This document shows, one piece after another, positions 24,087 through 38,246 of a DNA stretch of 64,000 nucleotides. The DNA comes from Bigelowiella natans CCMP2755 (taxonomy: Eukaryota > Protista > Cercozoa), in the NCBI GenBank assembly GCA_000320545.1, contig ADNK01001316.1, forward strand, positions 1 through 64,000, read 5' to 3'. Numbering within the stretch: position 1 is the stretch's first letter; the number at the start of each line of letters is the position of its first letter. The notes beneath the pieces are model-generated. The model was not told where the DNA came from. It did no database searches and saw nothing but the letters and a program-made list of their open reading frames with translations. A program made the position numbers and the translations under genes.

Positions 24087-24522
24087 TGCCCATGCTATAT
24101 GCTAGCATGGTACATACTACACCACACAGCAATTCAAGGCGATGAACTTGCTCGCCTTGAGTCGCGTGTGTGATGCATGAGCTACACATGGAGCACACTA
24201 CTAGACTAGCACATACCAGTGTGGCGTGACATCCATGTGATGCACATATGCATGCTAGCATGTTATATCAGCCACATGCGCGAGGTCGATCGCTGATCGT
24301 GTACGCTGTCTAGCTGTGCGTTGCACGTGTAACACGCGCTGTGTGACCCTGCGGCCGTATATAATAAATGCGTGCATGTAAGACGTATACGGCGGACAGA
24401 CTAGCGGATGTCATGTATGTGTTGAATCTGTTCAAAATTGTCATCGATCCCAATGATGTAATAGCACTTGCAAAACTGCGCGGCTCCAGCGCTCAAGTTA
24501 GCCACTATATGGCTAAAGCACA

Positions 24523-24577
24523 ACAATAGACATACGTATATATCATATATATTATATATACTGTGTCTATAGTCACA
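24523..24577. repeat. Dispersed spacer element B
   Basis: ACAATAGACATACGTATATATCATATATATTATATATACTGTGTCTATAGTCACA. Confidence 0.75.
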
Positions 24578-24889
24578 TGCCCATGCTAGCATGCAGCGTT
24601 TACTTCTTACAAATCTTAATGTAGTGACACACATCTAGACATGGCTGTCAATGGCTAGATGGCGTACCGCGGCTGTTAGCTAGCTAGCATTACACTAGCG
24701 ATACAAGCTAGCGCATGCGTGGCACATATCTAGTGCGTTCTATAAATATTTAATTAAGGCGTAGCATGGCAGTAGGAGGGGCTACAATCAATAGTATGAA
24801 TTGAAAATATGTAGCACGACTGCATCGTACGTGCGTACCGTACAGCGCATCTAAATCAACAGTGATACTTGCCATTATATAAATTCATT

Positions 24890-26226
24890 CTAAATTCTGA
24901 AGGTCCCTATCTCAGGGTCTGAAGATGCTATGTCTCGATCATTCAGCGCGTAATCATACCTGGGAATAACATAACCAAATTTACAGGAATAGACATAAAT
25001 GCAAGTAAGCGTAGCTGCTCGCACGGCACAGATTTAATATGATCCCACCCGGTTTCGTGCAGCGTATCAACTGGAAGGCACCATAATAGACGGGACTGGA
25101 GTGTTTACGATGTCCGTTAATTACATGAATCGTGGTCAGGAAGTGCATAATTATGAACAATGAAAAGACGAGATTGGTTGCGGATTAGTAACATGAAGAG
25201 CAAAACATGCCTTGCCAAAGACCGCTTCCCAGTTTTTCCGATAGCCTTGCGAGTACTGTAAATTGTTCGGTTAGGAGCGAGCAACAGAGGGAATCTTCAT
25301 TGTCTCTCAATCGCAATGCGTCGATTTCATATGGGATCGTCACAATCTTCTTTCGCAGCATCAACATCATATCGCCGTGATCTGTGTCATCTTCTTTTTG
25401 TTGTTTTCGTCGTTGTTTCATCGGATGATACCGGAGATCTCATCCCATGCATCTCAGCCAATTCGATGGTAGTCTTTGCCATGAGAACCAGCACCAGATG
25501 GAACCCGAGGAAGAATATCAAAGTCACGCCTGGCAGTTGTATCGTGATCCGAGGGGTTATCAGTGTTTCTGCCGGTTAATCGTGGGTAGATGGTGGCTAG
25601 GAAATCTATCCGCAAGAGAACTAAGGATGTGACTGTTTAAAAAAAAAAGAGAGAGAATCTTGAGCAGTTACCGAAGGACAGCGTTATCACGCATACAATA
25701 GCCTCAAGTCCGCTCAATCGCCGCTGCATCCCTGCCAGAGCTATGGAAAAAGGGAATGGGGATATAGACCAAATGCACAAATCTATTTAAGAATTGGGGA
25801 TCGATGAACCTTGAGAACCCCTAGATGCAATGGATAACCCATTATTTAGAGGACAACTGTTTTTTTTTTTTTTTTCACCATTCTGCTTCCGTTCTCTCCC
25901 GGCAGCAAAAGCATAGGGTAGGGCCCATCATTTGTTCGTTGATGCAGTACCTGAACGCCTCACAGACGTACCAAGCAGCCCATAGATGATCGGAAAGATC
26001 CGGGTAGCATATATCCCAATCGTCTGCGATTGTTGCGGTTCAGTTCCATTATCATCACCATCACTATCACTATCACTATCACCATCATCATCATCGTCGT
26101 CATTATAAAAGTTGTCATCGTCGTCGTGAGAATCGGTGGCTGCTGTTACCATAACTGCGTAGAAGATAAAGAGAAGAAAATATTTGTAGTTTCTCAATCC
26201 CACGCAGTTTCCAAGCCAAGGGCCTA

Positions 26227-26269
<43 letters not shown>

Positions 26270-26737
26270 GTTACATAAAATACAAATGCGTGAGTGTACA
26301 TAACTGCCAATCAACCATCATCCTGTAGCAATCAAGCATCAACGTCGTCATCACAATCACACCGTGATAACATCTTCGTATCGCCATCGTCGTAACAACT
26401 CATCATGAGTGAAGGCTACTCTGTAGCAATCATTCTATATACTACTGATGGCCTACAATGGTGATCCATCTTGAGAACACACTCCCCGCAGACGGAGCAA
26501 TGGTGTGCCCTACGGGGCTTTACCTGACCAGTAGGCAACAGAAGAATGTGTCGGCGTTCATCATTCTCTAACTGTGCTTTACATGGCGTGTGCCTATCAC
26601 CTGGTGGCATCTTCTACATCGGGGAAATTGTTCGTAGAAAGCTGCATCCTCGTGTATGGTATTGTTGCTGATGCTGATGCTGCTGCTGCTGTTGCTTCGG
26701 GGATCTGATAGGAGGAGTTGATGATGATGACAACAAC

Positions 26738-26768
<31 letters not shown>

Positions 26769-27407
26769 GTGATAATAATAATGCATGAATGTAGACGATT
26801 TCTAAGACGACCGAAAGGATATACCACATCTTCTATAATGTCCTTTTTAAAAAATTGGAAGTTCCTTTTTTGGAACACCAAATTCTTGTTCCATGTTAAA
26901 TTTCAGCCTACTTCGTATTCTGCCCGACTCCTCATTGCCATTTCCATGGGGTGAACGTCCCTTCGTCGTATCTATGAGCTACTCGCCGCGTACAAACCAT
27001 AACAAAACGTGGACGAATCAAAATATGGAGAAGCAATGCAGTTACTTGCTGCATGGTGTGTCAGCAGTGTGTCGCATAGATGCAATATCAGCCAGCAAGC
27101 AAATGATCACCTGCATCCTCGTTGCAATATCTATATCTGGAATGGGGTTTCGCCGGACTGATCGATAGGATGATGAAAACAACAAGTGAGTTTGAGCTGC
27201 TTCATCTGCTGATGAGAGAAAATGGTAGCAGTAAGCTGCAAATCGATATTGCTGCTGCTGGATAGGATGATAACCTGCAGACGATGTGATCACACACCGA
27301 ATATAGCTAACAAGAAGTAGCGACAAGGATGCATGAAAAAGGGCCACGAGTAACCTAAATATGTATTTGATCAAACATACCACATCACCATTATCATCAT
27401 CATCATT

Positions 27408-27442
<35 letters not shown>

Positions 27443-27908
27443 TATCATCACCACCACCACCGCCACCACCACCACCACCACCAACACCACCAACACCACC
27501 AATCACCACTTCACTACCAGTCTGAAATACTGTACAGAGCACGTGCTGGATCATGAATGCCCACCACAGTGAACGTGAAAAAATGCCTTATTCAGGGGAC
27601 GATCATATTATAAGCAAGAAACAGTTTTTATTGCGATGATATACAATCGAACAAATGAACAAGAACGCATATGAACCTTCGAAATTGCTCGTCAAGTGGA
27701 TAAAATGTTTCCACCGTCAGGATGTTTGACAGGAAAGCACAGACAATTAATCACCATGACCAAGCAAGTTTTATGTTTACCAATCAAACATTATGAGCGA
27801 GAGGACTAAAACAACGGGAAGGCCCAAGATGAGTCTTTTGATCAGACAGACTGCCTTGATGAAGCGCGAACGCATCGAGACTGGTCTGAAAGCCATCCGG
27901 TCTGCCAT
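24890..27908 (-). CDS. DHHC protein S-palmitoyltransferase
   Basis: [22 protein letters not shown] / [22 protein letters not shown] across a phase-1 intron, plus N-terminal TM helices. Confidence 0.92.
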
Positions 27909-28663
27909 CTTGTTGGAAGCAGTGAACGGTGATCCTATTTCCACTTGCGACAAAGGATATTTATTGTCGCTACTAGAAGGAATTCTGAAATTTTTGGTAG
28001 TTATGAAGAAAATAAAATGCTGGGTTGAAACTCGAACAAAATTGTTACTCATGCAATTCATCATTGTTGCTCGTTGTTGGCTCACCTCCATGCGACAGCA
28101 CACATGCACATTGCCTCCCGCCCACTGTGCTAGCTCAGCGTGCAAGCATTTCTAGATTTGGACATGTTCACAATGAATTGAATGCATGGTGAGTAGGTGC
28201 ATTTCTGATGATCATTTTGTGGGATCACTAGCTTGGTGCACTGTAGCTAGCCTGGCTAGCTGGTAGCATTCATCATTGCATCCTGCGCTAGCGCCAGACA
28301 TTGTAGCATGTCGCATGTCTAGATGTGTCTAGCACAACTGACAAGCTAGACTAGGTCACATCATTAAAACTGAAGCTCGTGCAGTTTGCAAGTTTGCAGC
28401 AGCGACGATTCATCGATGTAGTCATTTCGCGTTGTGCATCTGCGCGCATGTCGCAGCTAAGCTTCACAGAAGAATGTGAGATGTCTAAATGTGGGCGACT
28501 GCTAGAATGTTCTATGAAAATGTAAATCATTCAGAAGACAAATTGTAACAATCCTAATTTTTCAATCACTCCCTAGTTAGAATGACAGAAATATATTGTG
28601 CTCCTTCATATCTCTGCAATACGAGAAAAGGCCTTCTTGGCGCCAAGCCAAGAACCCAGAGCT

Positions 28664-29134
<471 letters not shown>

Positions 29135-29886
29135 TTAGTGGGTGGAGGGAGGTTGGAAGGGCAGGAAGATAGTTTATGGAATACACGCCTAAGCTACACA
29201 ATGGAATCTTGGATTGATCGATATTGGAGTTTTTTACGAAAAATTCAATAAAAACCAAATTTACGACATAAATGTAGTTTATTTTTATTTGTTTTAATGT
29301 TTTTTTTCTTTACGTCTATTTTGGATCTGGCTCGATCAACACGCGTTTTCTGTTCTCAGATCTTCTGAAGAGCATCTGCAAGCTAGTAATAATGAAAATT
29401 AATTCCACTTTAGAAAAATTAGTCATGTCGTCTTATGTAATATAAAGAAGATCAGCTGGAAAAAATATATTCATTTTCACCAGTTTCGTAACTTTATCGC
29501 TTCACGCGTTTCGGACACAACATCCCATCCGTTGAAAGACCGAGATGAACAGTAGAAGTGCCTCTTTCTTTCTACACTGAACGCTCGAGACGCAGGCAAA
29601 TCGAAGTTCCCTATCTTTATCCGGTAGTCTTGAAAAAACGGATCATTTTAGGATACGACATCATCAGCTTATTGTCGTTTAGAGAGAACGCGCTACTTAA
29701 CAATTCCTTTGCGATCCCCCCCCTGTTGGTATGTTCGTTTGGATATAGCTCTATTTTAAGAAGTGAGGTCCTTCGAATTGATATCGCAACATAGTAAAAT
29801 TGAGCTGCACGTGGGTTAACCTCAAAAGTGTGAGGGAAAATCGGTTCGAGACGACTTGGGAGACATAAACACAACCGCTGACAAAA

Positions 29887-30413
29887 TGACGAAAGAGATA
29901 TGGGACGAATCCAATCACGACGGCGAGGCGAGCTGCGTTGATGAAAATACTAGTCGTATTCTTATGATGAAGGCATGGTCACATGGACAAATAATTGCTG
30001 CCTTTCAAGGCCTTTTGTACGGATACTGGGCATTTGTTGCGGCAGATATGTCAGGGCTTGTTCGTTTGTATCTTCTCGTAATGGCTTGCTTCCTACCAGT
30101 TTGGACCATGACATCCTGGTCAGCAATGCAGAAAACAAATCCAAATCCATACCTTATCCTCACTTTCGGCTTTGCATTGGAGATATCATACGTCTTAATC
30201 CTAACGATAGCCGTCATGCGAAACAATTTGCTGGCAATAGTTTTTACATCACTACAAATGTTCGAGACCTTGGCGTACCTATCCGTTGTCGCGTACTTCC
30301 GCAAATCATTGCTCCGTCAAGATAATCAATATAGAAGGCCCGTCGAGGCTTCGTTTGAACCTATAGATCTTGAATCCCCTTTTGGGGATGAGCGGAGAGA
30401 AACGTCGGTATAG
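29887..30413 (+). CDS. Small four-TM membrane protein of unknown function (single exon)
   Basis: Open frame with four hydrophobic segments and no recognised motif. Confidence 0.6.
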
Positions 30414-30959
30414 GCCTAGAACACCACTTTCGTGGTGTGATATGTATAGAAGAGCAGCATGAGTTCAATGTATTCCTTTACAGAATGTTAACCGTAGTTA
30501 TCTTATCCTGATTCAGTAATATTAGAAAGAAAATCAATGAAAGTACGTAAGGCTAATCTCGCTCATGATACTAATTCATTATTCATGAATAACATTTTAT
30601 TTAGCAGCATGCTGTCATGCCATTTTTGCCACCATGAGTAGTATGTATGTGCATTTGATTGAGTAAGATTACATGGTCTTATTAGCATTAATTTATTGTG
30701 AAATACTGCGCTGCTCTAGCTAGCTAGTACTGAGTAGAGATATGTACAAAGCGCTATGGAATTACAGCGCAAACCGCATCTAAAGCTTGACGCTAAGATC
30801 GCTTGTTTCGGCCTTCTGCGGTATATGCTCCCAGCTTTGGTACAGTCATCGTCGTCATCTAGCCATAGTATCTCGGGCATATCGTCTAGATATCCTGCGC
30901 ACGCACCGGACCTTCACTTGGCACGTGCGCTACATCGCATCACATGCATGCTAGCATGC

Positions 30960-31042
30960 AGTGTTATAATGCCGCTGCATTGTATAGCTACATTAGGATG
31001 ACCATTGAAAAAATTTAAACATTTCATTACATCCGTCTCATA
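30960..31042 (+). repeat. Dispersed spacer element A
   Basis: AGCTACATTAGGATGACCATTGAAAAAATTTAAACATTTCATTACATCCGTCTCATA. Confidence 0.9.
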
Positions 31043-31419
31043 ATGCTGCTGTAAAAATAAAATAAGCGACTACCGTACAGTCGCTTTCAAAGTGAAACAT
31101 ATGAAAGTGATTACTGTCTAGATATGTAAAGCTTAATCTTCATGTAGGCAAGCTTGATATAACGTACAATGAGGGAGCTTCACTTGCACGTGTGATCGAT
31201 GTGAGACGTGTAAACACAGAAGCCGTCAACGTGCAAGCGAGCCACAACAAGCACTAGCGCTGCGATGAGGGATGCTGTTAGATTTTTTATCAATGGTTGA
31301 CATTGAGTCATGCGTTGATCATTAGCGCGTGAGACGGCCGCGACTTTTGCATCTAAATAACGATCGAATGCTACGCAAGGTTTTGGGAACAGATATACAG
31401 TACATATCAACAATTTCAC

Positions 31420-31476
31420 AGCTACATTAGGGTGATCATTGAAAAGATTTAATCAATTCATTACATCCGTCTAATA
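31420..31476 (+). repeat. Dispersed spacer element A
   Basis: AGCTACATTAGGGTGATCATTGAAAAGATTTAATCAATTCATTACATCCGTCTAATA. Confidence 0.9.
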
Positions 31477-31543
31477 TCAACGATTACTTTCTACATTGAA
31501 AGCCGATTTTATGTTTAATTGAATCTCATAACAAACCAAAATT

Positions 31544-31929
31544 TCAGCTCAAATCCCTCACTTCTTCTTCCAGTGATACAGCAGCATCTAGATCAGCAGA
31601 ATCCAGGTCGGCATCCATTGCGTATCTGGGAATCACCTGTACAGCATGGAATAAGTCGTACTTACAATATGCTTAGGATCGTATGGAAACGAAAAAGGGT
31701 TGAATGCTGCTCTCTGTCTTCGCGCAATTCTTAACATGGGACAATGTATGATGTGATCCACATCTGACAGCTATAACCCCACACTCTAACCTTGAGGGGT
31801 GCAGAACGGAAGTTGCGACAGTCTGGGTCATGGCATTTTTGGTATACCTGTAGTAGCAATACACAGCAACACCCAGCATCAGCACAAGAAGAAGCAGAAG
31901 AAGTAGTAGCAGTAGTAGAAGAAGAAGAA

Positions 31930-31969
<40 letters not shown>

Positions 31970-32393
31970 CAGAAGAAGGTGGTGGACGTAGGGAGAACTT
32001 ATTAATGATCGAAAAGCAAGAAATCATCAGTCTAGCCTCTCGTCTCTGCTGTTTCCTAAGTATACTGTCTTACGATTCCGTCTGGTAACGTCGCGACGAA
32101 GTATATGCCATTTGACTTGTGCTCGCGTCCTAATGTAGCACATCCACTTGCGTGATTCTTTATTTCACCGAATCTGTGACGTCTTTGCGTGCAGCTATGA
32201 CTTCAGAGCGACAACCCAGTCATTCATTCCTCAAGTTCTAATGAAAAGCATTCTCACTACCGATATTCGAGCAGTATCTGGAACCGCCTATCCCGTAGCA
32301 AATCGTCACTTTTTTCCCATCGATCATCGTCTTCTCATTGCCAGCATTTTCCGAAACCTTGTTGATCGATAATATTAGCTATTCTTGTGCAAT

Positions 32394-32431
<38 letters not shown>

Positions 32432-32533
32432 GTGTGGCCATAAGTATTCTGCCGTTGTTCATTCGTGCAACTATTTCGCTCTTATACAAGTTTATATCCG
32501 CACATTAGCGCTTTTATTTCCGTGTATACTGTC

Positions 32534-32573
<40 letters not shown>

Positions 32574-33518
32574 TACTTCCACCGAATACTACGTTCTAGC
32601 ACGATAAGAGCAAATACCATCACATGCTTGGACTTCAAGTACGCACTGGATCTGAACCTAAAAACGTCGAATCTTGTGAGTTCGCCTGACGAAGTGCACC
32701 CCCCCGTTACCCCGCCCTGTTTCTTTGTTATAGATTCTAATCTGGATTGTTATGATCGCTGTTTCGTCGTTGTTCTTGCCAGGCGTATTGTGGATGTAGC
32801 AAGTGGGGTCGTCATCGGGTGATACCATTAAGACAATCGAGATAACATATAGTTCAGCACGGACAAAGGAGGCGGCTACGAGACTACGACGACGACGACG
32901 ACGACGACGCCTTTGTTACTTGGTTGCTTCCGAAAGGACGTATTGGTCCACGAGTGGGTACCTTGATGGTCATGTGCAGAATGGGGAAGATAATAATACC
33001 CAAATACAATGAAAGAAGAACAAAGGGCTGGATGAGTTCATATTCAAATCAAATTCAAACAGCATTCTTATGAGCTCAACGCTGCCAAACCCCCCCCCCC
33101 CCCCCCCCCCCCCTCTCTCTATCTACAAAAGACTACTTGGAATCGGCTGCTGCAAGTGTTGCTGAAGATGACGTTGAAACAAGAGTGTGGTTACTGCGAC
33201 TTCGACTTTTCCCTGGTACTACTATCTCCTCCTCCCTCCAATGCACAGGTCCTTTGTTCCGATTATAATAAGATGGGGAGGGGTCTTTGCACGTTAATAC
33301 AGCGACACGGAGGCAACGACCTAGTGAAAGGCCGGGGGAAGGGGGGGGGGAGGGGGGCAGGAGAATCAGAAATTATCATCTACACGAAATGTAGCAAAAT
33401 GAAAAACAGACGTAAACATGCAAATACTATGCGTCGATTCATTCACACATATTCATCTGAATTGAAAGAGCCGTTTGACGATTAAGTAGGTACGTTGCAC
33501 TCGCAGGTTATCATCATC

Positions 33519-33552
<34 letters not shown>

Positions 33553-33756
33553 CCATTAATGAAAATGAGAGAATAGAAGCCGATGGCAGTGAATGAGTAC
33601 GTTATTGCTCCCGATCTAACACCCTCCTCCTTCCCCTCCTCCTCCTCCCCCTCCTCCTCCTCCTCCTCCTCCTCCTCCTCCTCCTCCTCCAACTAATACC
33701 ACTATTACTACCTTGTACTCTTAGTTGGATCGACTGGTGCTGGTGCTGCTGCGTAT

Positions 33757-33790
<34 letters not shown>

Positions 33791-35067
33791 GGTGGTATTG
33801 CTATTCTTTATGTTATTACTGCAACTATTACTACTACTACTACTACTGCTGCTGCTGCTACTGTGCATAGCATAGACGCTACTCTCCCTCGGAAAGTCAC
33901 TTCCCCCACCGCCTTCATTTTCATTAAACGTTCCACGAGTTTGCCTTTGACGTACTGGTTTGGGTGCTGCTTTGTCGTCAGTCTTAGTCGTTGTCGTCAT
34001 CGTGGTGGTGGTGGAGGCGGGTAGTGAGCATCTGCTGCTGCTGCTGCTGCTATTGCCACTACTAGCGTTCTCGTCACGTGCCTGTATCATGGGTTTGGCT
34101 GTTGGGAGCGGCTGGTCGGCAGCATCGTGGACCTTTCCTCCGTCGAGAAGGCTATTAGTCGTTGCGCTGATATGCGTAATTAGCGATGAATAGAACAGCT
34201 CTTCCGAACCTGCAATGCTGTCAGCACGACGGAGTATGACGACGCAGTATGCAGGTCAGGCTGCTGTCATCACATGCATAAAACCTCACAGCAGCAAATC
34301 AACCCAAGTAGAATAGTAGAAGCCCTCTTCTTGGTTATATTATGAGGATGATGATGGTGATGGTGATGATGATCACCTCTTGCCCGGGCGGATTCGAAAG
34401 GAATTCATCTGTATCAGCCATGCACGACATCAATAAGAACAGCAGAATAGCAAGCCTGGCAAAAATTCACCAATCAACTACCTCAGACAGTCTTAAAAAA
34501 CGTTTTTTCATGAGTTTCGTGGAGAAGAGCCTTTGTATGGACACAAAACAGGAGCTGCACTTAGTTCGTAGTAGTCGAAATACTAGTACGATTACTACTA
34601 CTACTAGTAGTTGTTGTTGTTGTTGTTACAGTATTAGTTGTAGTCGATAAAGGAATCGACAAGAAGCAGATCAATTTGTTTGTTGAGGCTTTAATCACAG
34701 CAAAGGTGATAGAAGCCGCAGCATGAATTTAGAGGCAGCAGAGGGAGACGGCATTACATCCTGAAGCATCGATTTCGCGTGTACACCCCTTCGTCGATAA
34801 AGATTTCCCTTCTCTCCCCATCATCCTAATGACCAGAGAATGCAGTATCATATTCGTCATCATTGTCATCACGTCATCATCGTCGTCAGGTACGCCTTAG
34901 TCATCATAAGTTATCATATAACCAAATCATCATCATCGTCATCATCATCATCATCACCAATATTCCACTTACTTTGCTCTTGTGCGATGTATTTACAAAC
35001 AACTCAGCGACTGTTTCGTCCGTCTAGAATAAGCGCACGTATATGTATATATACATTATACATAAAT

Positions 35068-35110
<43 letters not shown>

Positions 35111-35860
35111 ATTCAGAGTAGCATCAAGATACAATGTTTGCAGCGCTGTTTAGTATGTTTTCGTCCTCCCTCTCCTCCTCCTTCTTCTTCTTCTTCTCCC
35201 CCCCCCCCCCCCCTCCTCTCCTCTCCTTTTTTGCGTCTTCATATTCATCTTCTATCTGCCTACCTGCTTCTTGTCGCGTATGTTACCAACTAACCTCTTC
35301 ACAAAAGCACCTAAGACGACAACAACAGCAGCACCAACGACGGAATATACTATATACACTATGGTTGAATATAAAAATAACCATGATTAAATAAATCTAT
35401 TCAACTGCCTATTAATGAATGGTGATGATGATGATCGCATTAATGACGACAATGAAGAAGAAGAAGAAGAAGAAGAAGAAGAAGAAGAAGAAGGCAACAA
35501 CCCATGTGCCTGTTGTCCAAGAACACCTACCAATGCACGTTATATAAGCGTTTCATGGGAGAGGGGGAGAGGAATCGTGTTAATAGAACGATTACAAAGT
35601 ACCGCTCCCATATGGCAGATGAGATGCCGCGAAAATTTGTCTTCGGTAGAGGAGTCCAAGTCTAGAATCCCATCATCGTTTAACGTTATCTGATGCTCTC
35701 TCATCAGTTCCTGGGGAGGAGGAGGAGGAGGAGGAGGAGGAGGAGGAGGAGGAGGAGGAAGAGGAGGAGGGGGGGGAAGGGCAGAATGTAGAGGGCAAAG
35801 GTCTAAGCGCCAGTATACTTTTCATCGGCATCGTGGTCGTCGAGTACTCGAATATACATA

Positions 35861-35904
<44 letters not shown>

Positions 35905-37495
35905 GTCACCAACAACAACAGCTACTACCACCACCACCACCACTACTACTACTACTACTGCTACAAAGCTTGCCTCTTTCACAAGCCTTTTGAGTGTTTC
36001 GACGAGTCTGTTCCCTTGGAGAATGATGAAGAAGAAGAAGAAGAAGAGGGAAAGAAAGACCGACAGGGAGAGAGGGAGAGAAGGAAGAAGAAGTTAGTAC
36101 AGCAAACCAACGGTCGGATTCGATAGCACAGCCTGAGCACGTGGGTAAATGATGAAAGAAAGTAGGAAAATAGTCATTTCTAAGGCCTGACACACAGACA
36201 GCAGCCCATAAAAACGGCAACGAAAACGGGTGTACTACCATTACCGTCAAGATCACGATTGAGGGATTTGTCAAATTCGAGGTCAAAGTATAAACGGCAA
36301 GGCCTGCCCTCACGTATTACTTCGTAGTGAATTCTAACCGAAGAAGTATCCCCCCCCCCGCACCCCAAACCAACACCACAACAACTCCACAGTCAGGGCA
36401 CAATCACAACCCGCACCAGCAACACCACAAAGAAACTGCCAGAAAACATGCACATGCCCGCGCAGTAGGAAGGGGGGGTTGGCTAACGGAAAGTCAGATC
36501 GGGGTGATACAACCAAACATCGAGCAAGGTCGGTACTACTCACCTTTCAATTCTTTGCATCATGCAGTATCTGAAGAAGGACGATAATTAAATATGACGA
36601 CCCAAGTATTGATATGCAACTACAGACAAATGGAAGTTTATCTAAAACCATCATCATTCCGTCATCAACACCATCATCATTGTCATCATCGTCGTTCGCG
36701 CAGTCGTGTAGTTATCATATTCACGGCAGCAGCACGTACTTGGCCCAAAAGTCTTCGTAGGTGGCAGCGATGTACTTTCGAATTCCTCCTGAATCGAGAA
36801 GGAATTATGCTCAGAATCGCTCTTTTGCGATACAAAGCTAGAACATCCCTCATATACAAGATGCTCCATCCATCCAAATCAGTAGCAGTAGCAGTAGCAG
36901 CAGCAGCATTGGTAGTAGTAGTAGTAGTAGTAGCAGTAGTAGTAAGTAGCAGTATCACCTTTAGCACATTCAACGGCGAAGACTTGGGGTAAAGAAGGAT
37001 CCCATGGTTCAATAATCGACTGCGTTCCTCCATCACCCTCTTCTCCAAGCCTATTATCAGTCGAAGTAGCCACCGCAAGGAGGAGGACAATCAGCCCAAC
37101 AAACCACCTTATATGTATTCCAAGATTGTATTTCTAGAGCGTAAGAAGGAGTCGCTACCTTGCAAGCCGGACACGGTCAGCGTGGTCAAATGCCTGTAAA
37201 TGACATATTTTTATGATGGTATTCAAGTGTCGAGTAGTGGAGAAGTTATATTCGAGTGTGTGACCTCTTTCTGCTTCCGAAACATGTGCCAAGTTGCTTC
37301 ATCAGCTCTGTAGTTGAGTAAACATACATATAGTTAGCCTCGCTGTTGTCGTCGTCGTCGTTTTTGTGGTAGGGCTTCAAGGACCTTTTCCTTCGCCTCT
37401 CCCTCTCGGCCTTCTGTTGGATGTAGATTAAAGCAAGCTTTGCCTGGAGAAGAAAAATAGTATAGATGTTCTCGATGCTGTTCTTCTTCAGCCAT
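31544..37495 (-). CDS. PRIMPOL: DNA primase-polymerase PrimPol (AEP plus UL52-type zinc finger); ends approximate
   Basis: HYEVIREGRPCRLYFDLEF (motif I DxE), KFSRHLI (motif II SxH), DEGVYTRNRCFR (motif III), and C...GREHKSNGIYF plus QKCHDPDCRNFRS (Zn ligands). Many microsatellite-filled introns. Confidence 0.9.
35715..35776. repeat. (GGA)n microsatellite in a PRIMPOL intron, representative of many intronic trinucleotide runs
   Basis: Read directly from the sequence. Confidence 0.9.
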
Positions 37496-38246
37496 TAACA
37501 TTTGCCGACCTTCTGTTCGTGCTCTGGGCCGTAAAAGGCAGTGTCAGAAATAGGCTTGAGGAGTTTTAGATCTACACTAGTATTTTCATCGTCACCGCGC
37601 CGTTTCTTCCTCTGAAATTCTCCTACGAGGGTAGATAAAGTACACTTATCTCAGGAAAGCATGGAGGACCATGTCCATTCCCCTCCTTTCAATCATCCTC
37701 CCTCTACTCAGTATCTTTACGGGTTGATAGCGATGGGAGGAGTGGACGCGCTCCCCTTTCCCTCTTCATTATGTGTTGGAAGTAAACGGCGTCCTGCTAC
37801 GTGCCTTGCACCCATGTGCTCACATCCCCACCATCGACATTTGTTGTTAATGTTGTCGTTACATCGTCATTTAGTCGAAAATTAGACCTAGCTCTGACCA
37901 AGTGCAAACAACAGCTAATAATTCGAACACCCCATTCAGCTGTTTAATAAATACGAGAGTTTATAATTTTTAGGATGTATTTTCCCCTTGTGACTGACCT
38001 TTTTATCTGTCGCAGTATAAAATTCAACCTCGATTCCCGCCTTCCGTAAGTAGAGAAAGAATACAAAGTCACCCTTCTCCTCCCTCCTACCCCTTCCCCC
38101 GTCCGCCCGGTGGTGAATGCAACTCCGAAGCGGGTGTCAGAAAGAGGAGCTTTCGGCCTTCGAGTGAATGCACTTGAGCACGCATCGCAAGCTATCCGAA
38201 GCAATTCGTGGCACGACCTCGGACTTGAAAGCATCACAACCGAAAG

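Noticed and set aside
31731-37090. Many poly-E/S/T/H/I ORFs
   Set aside because: Translations of intronic trinucleotide microsatellites within PRIMPOL.
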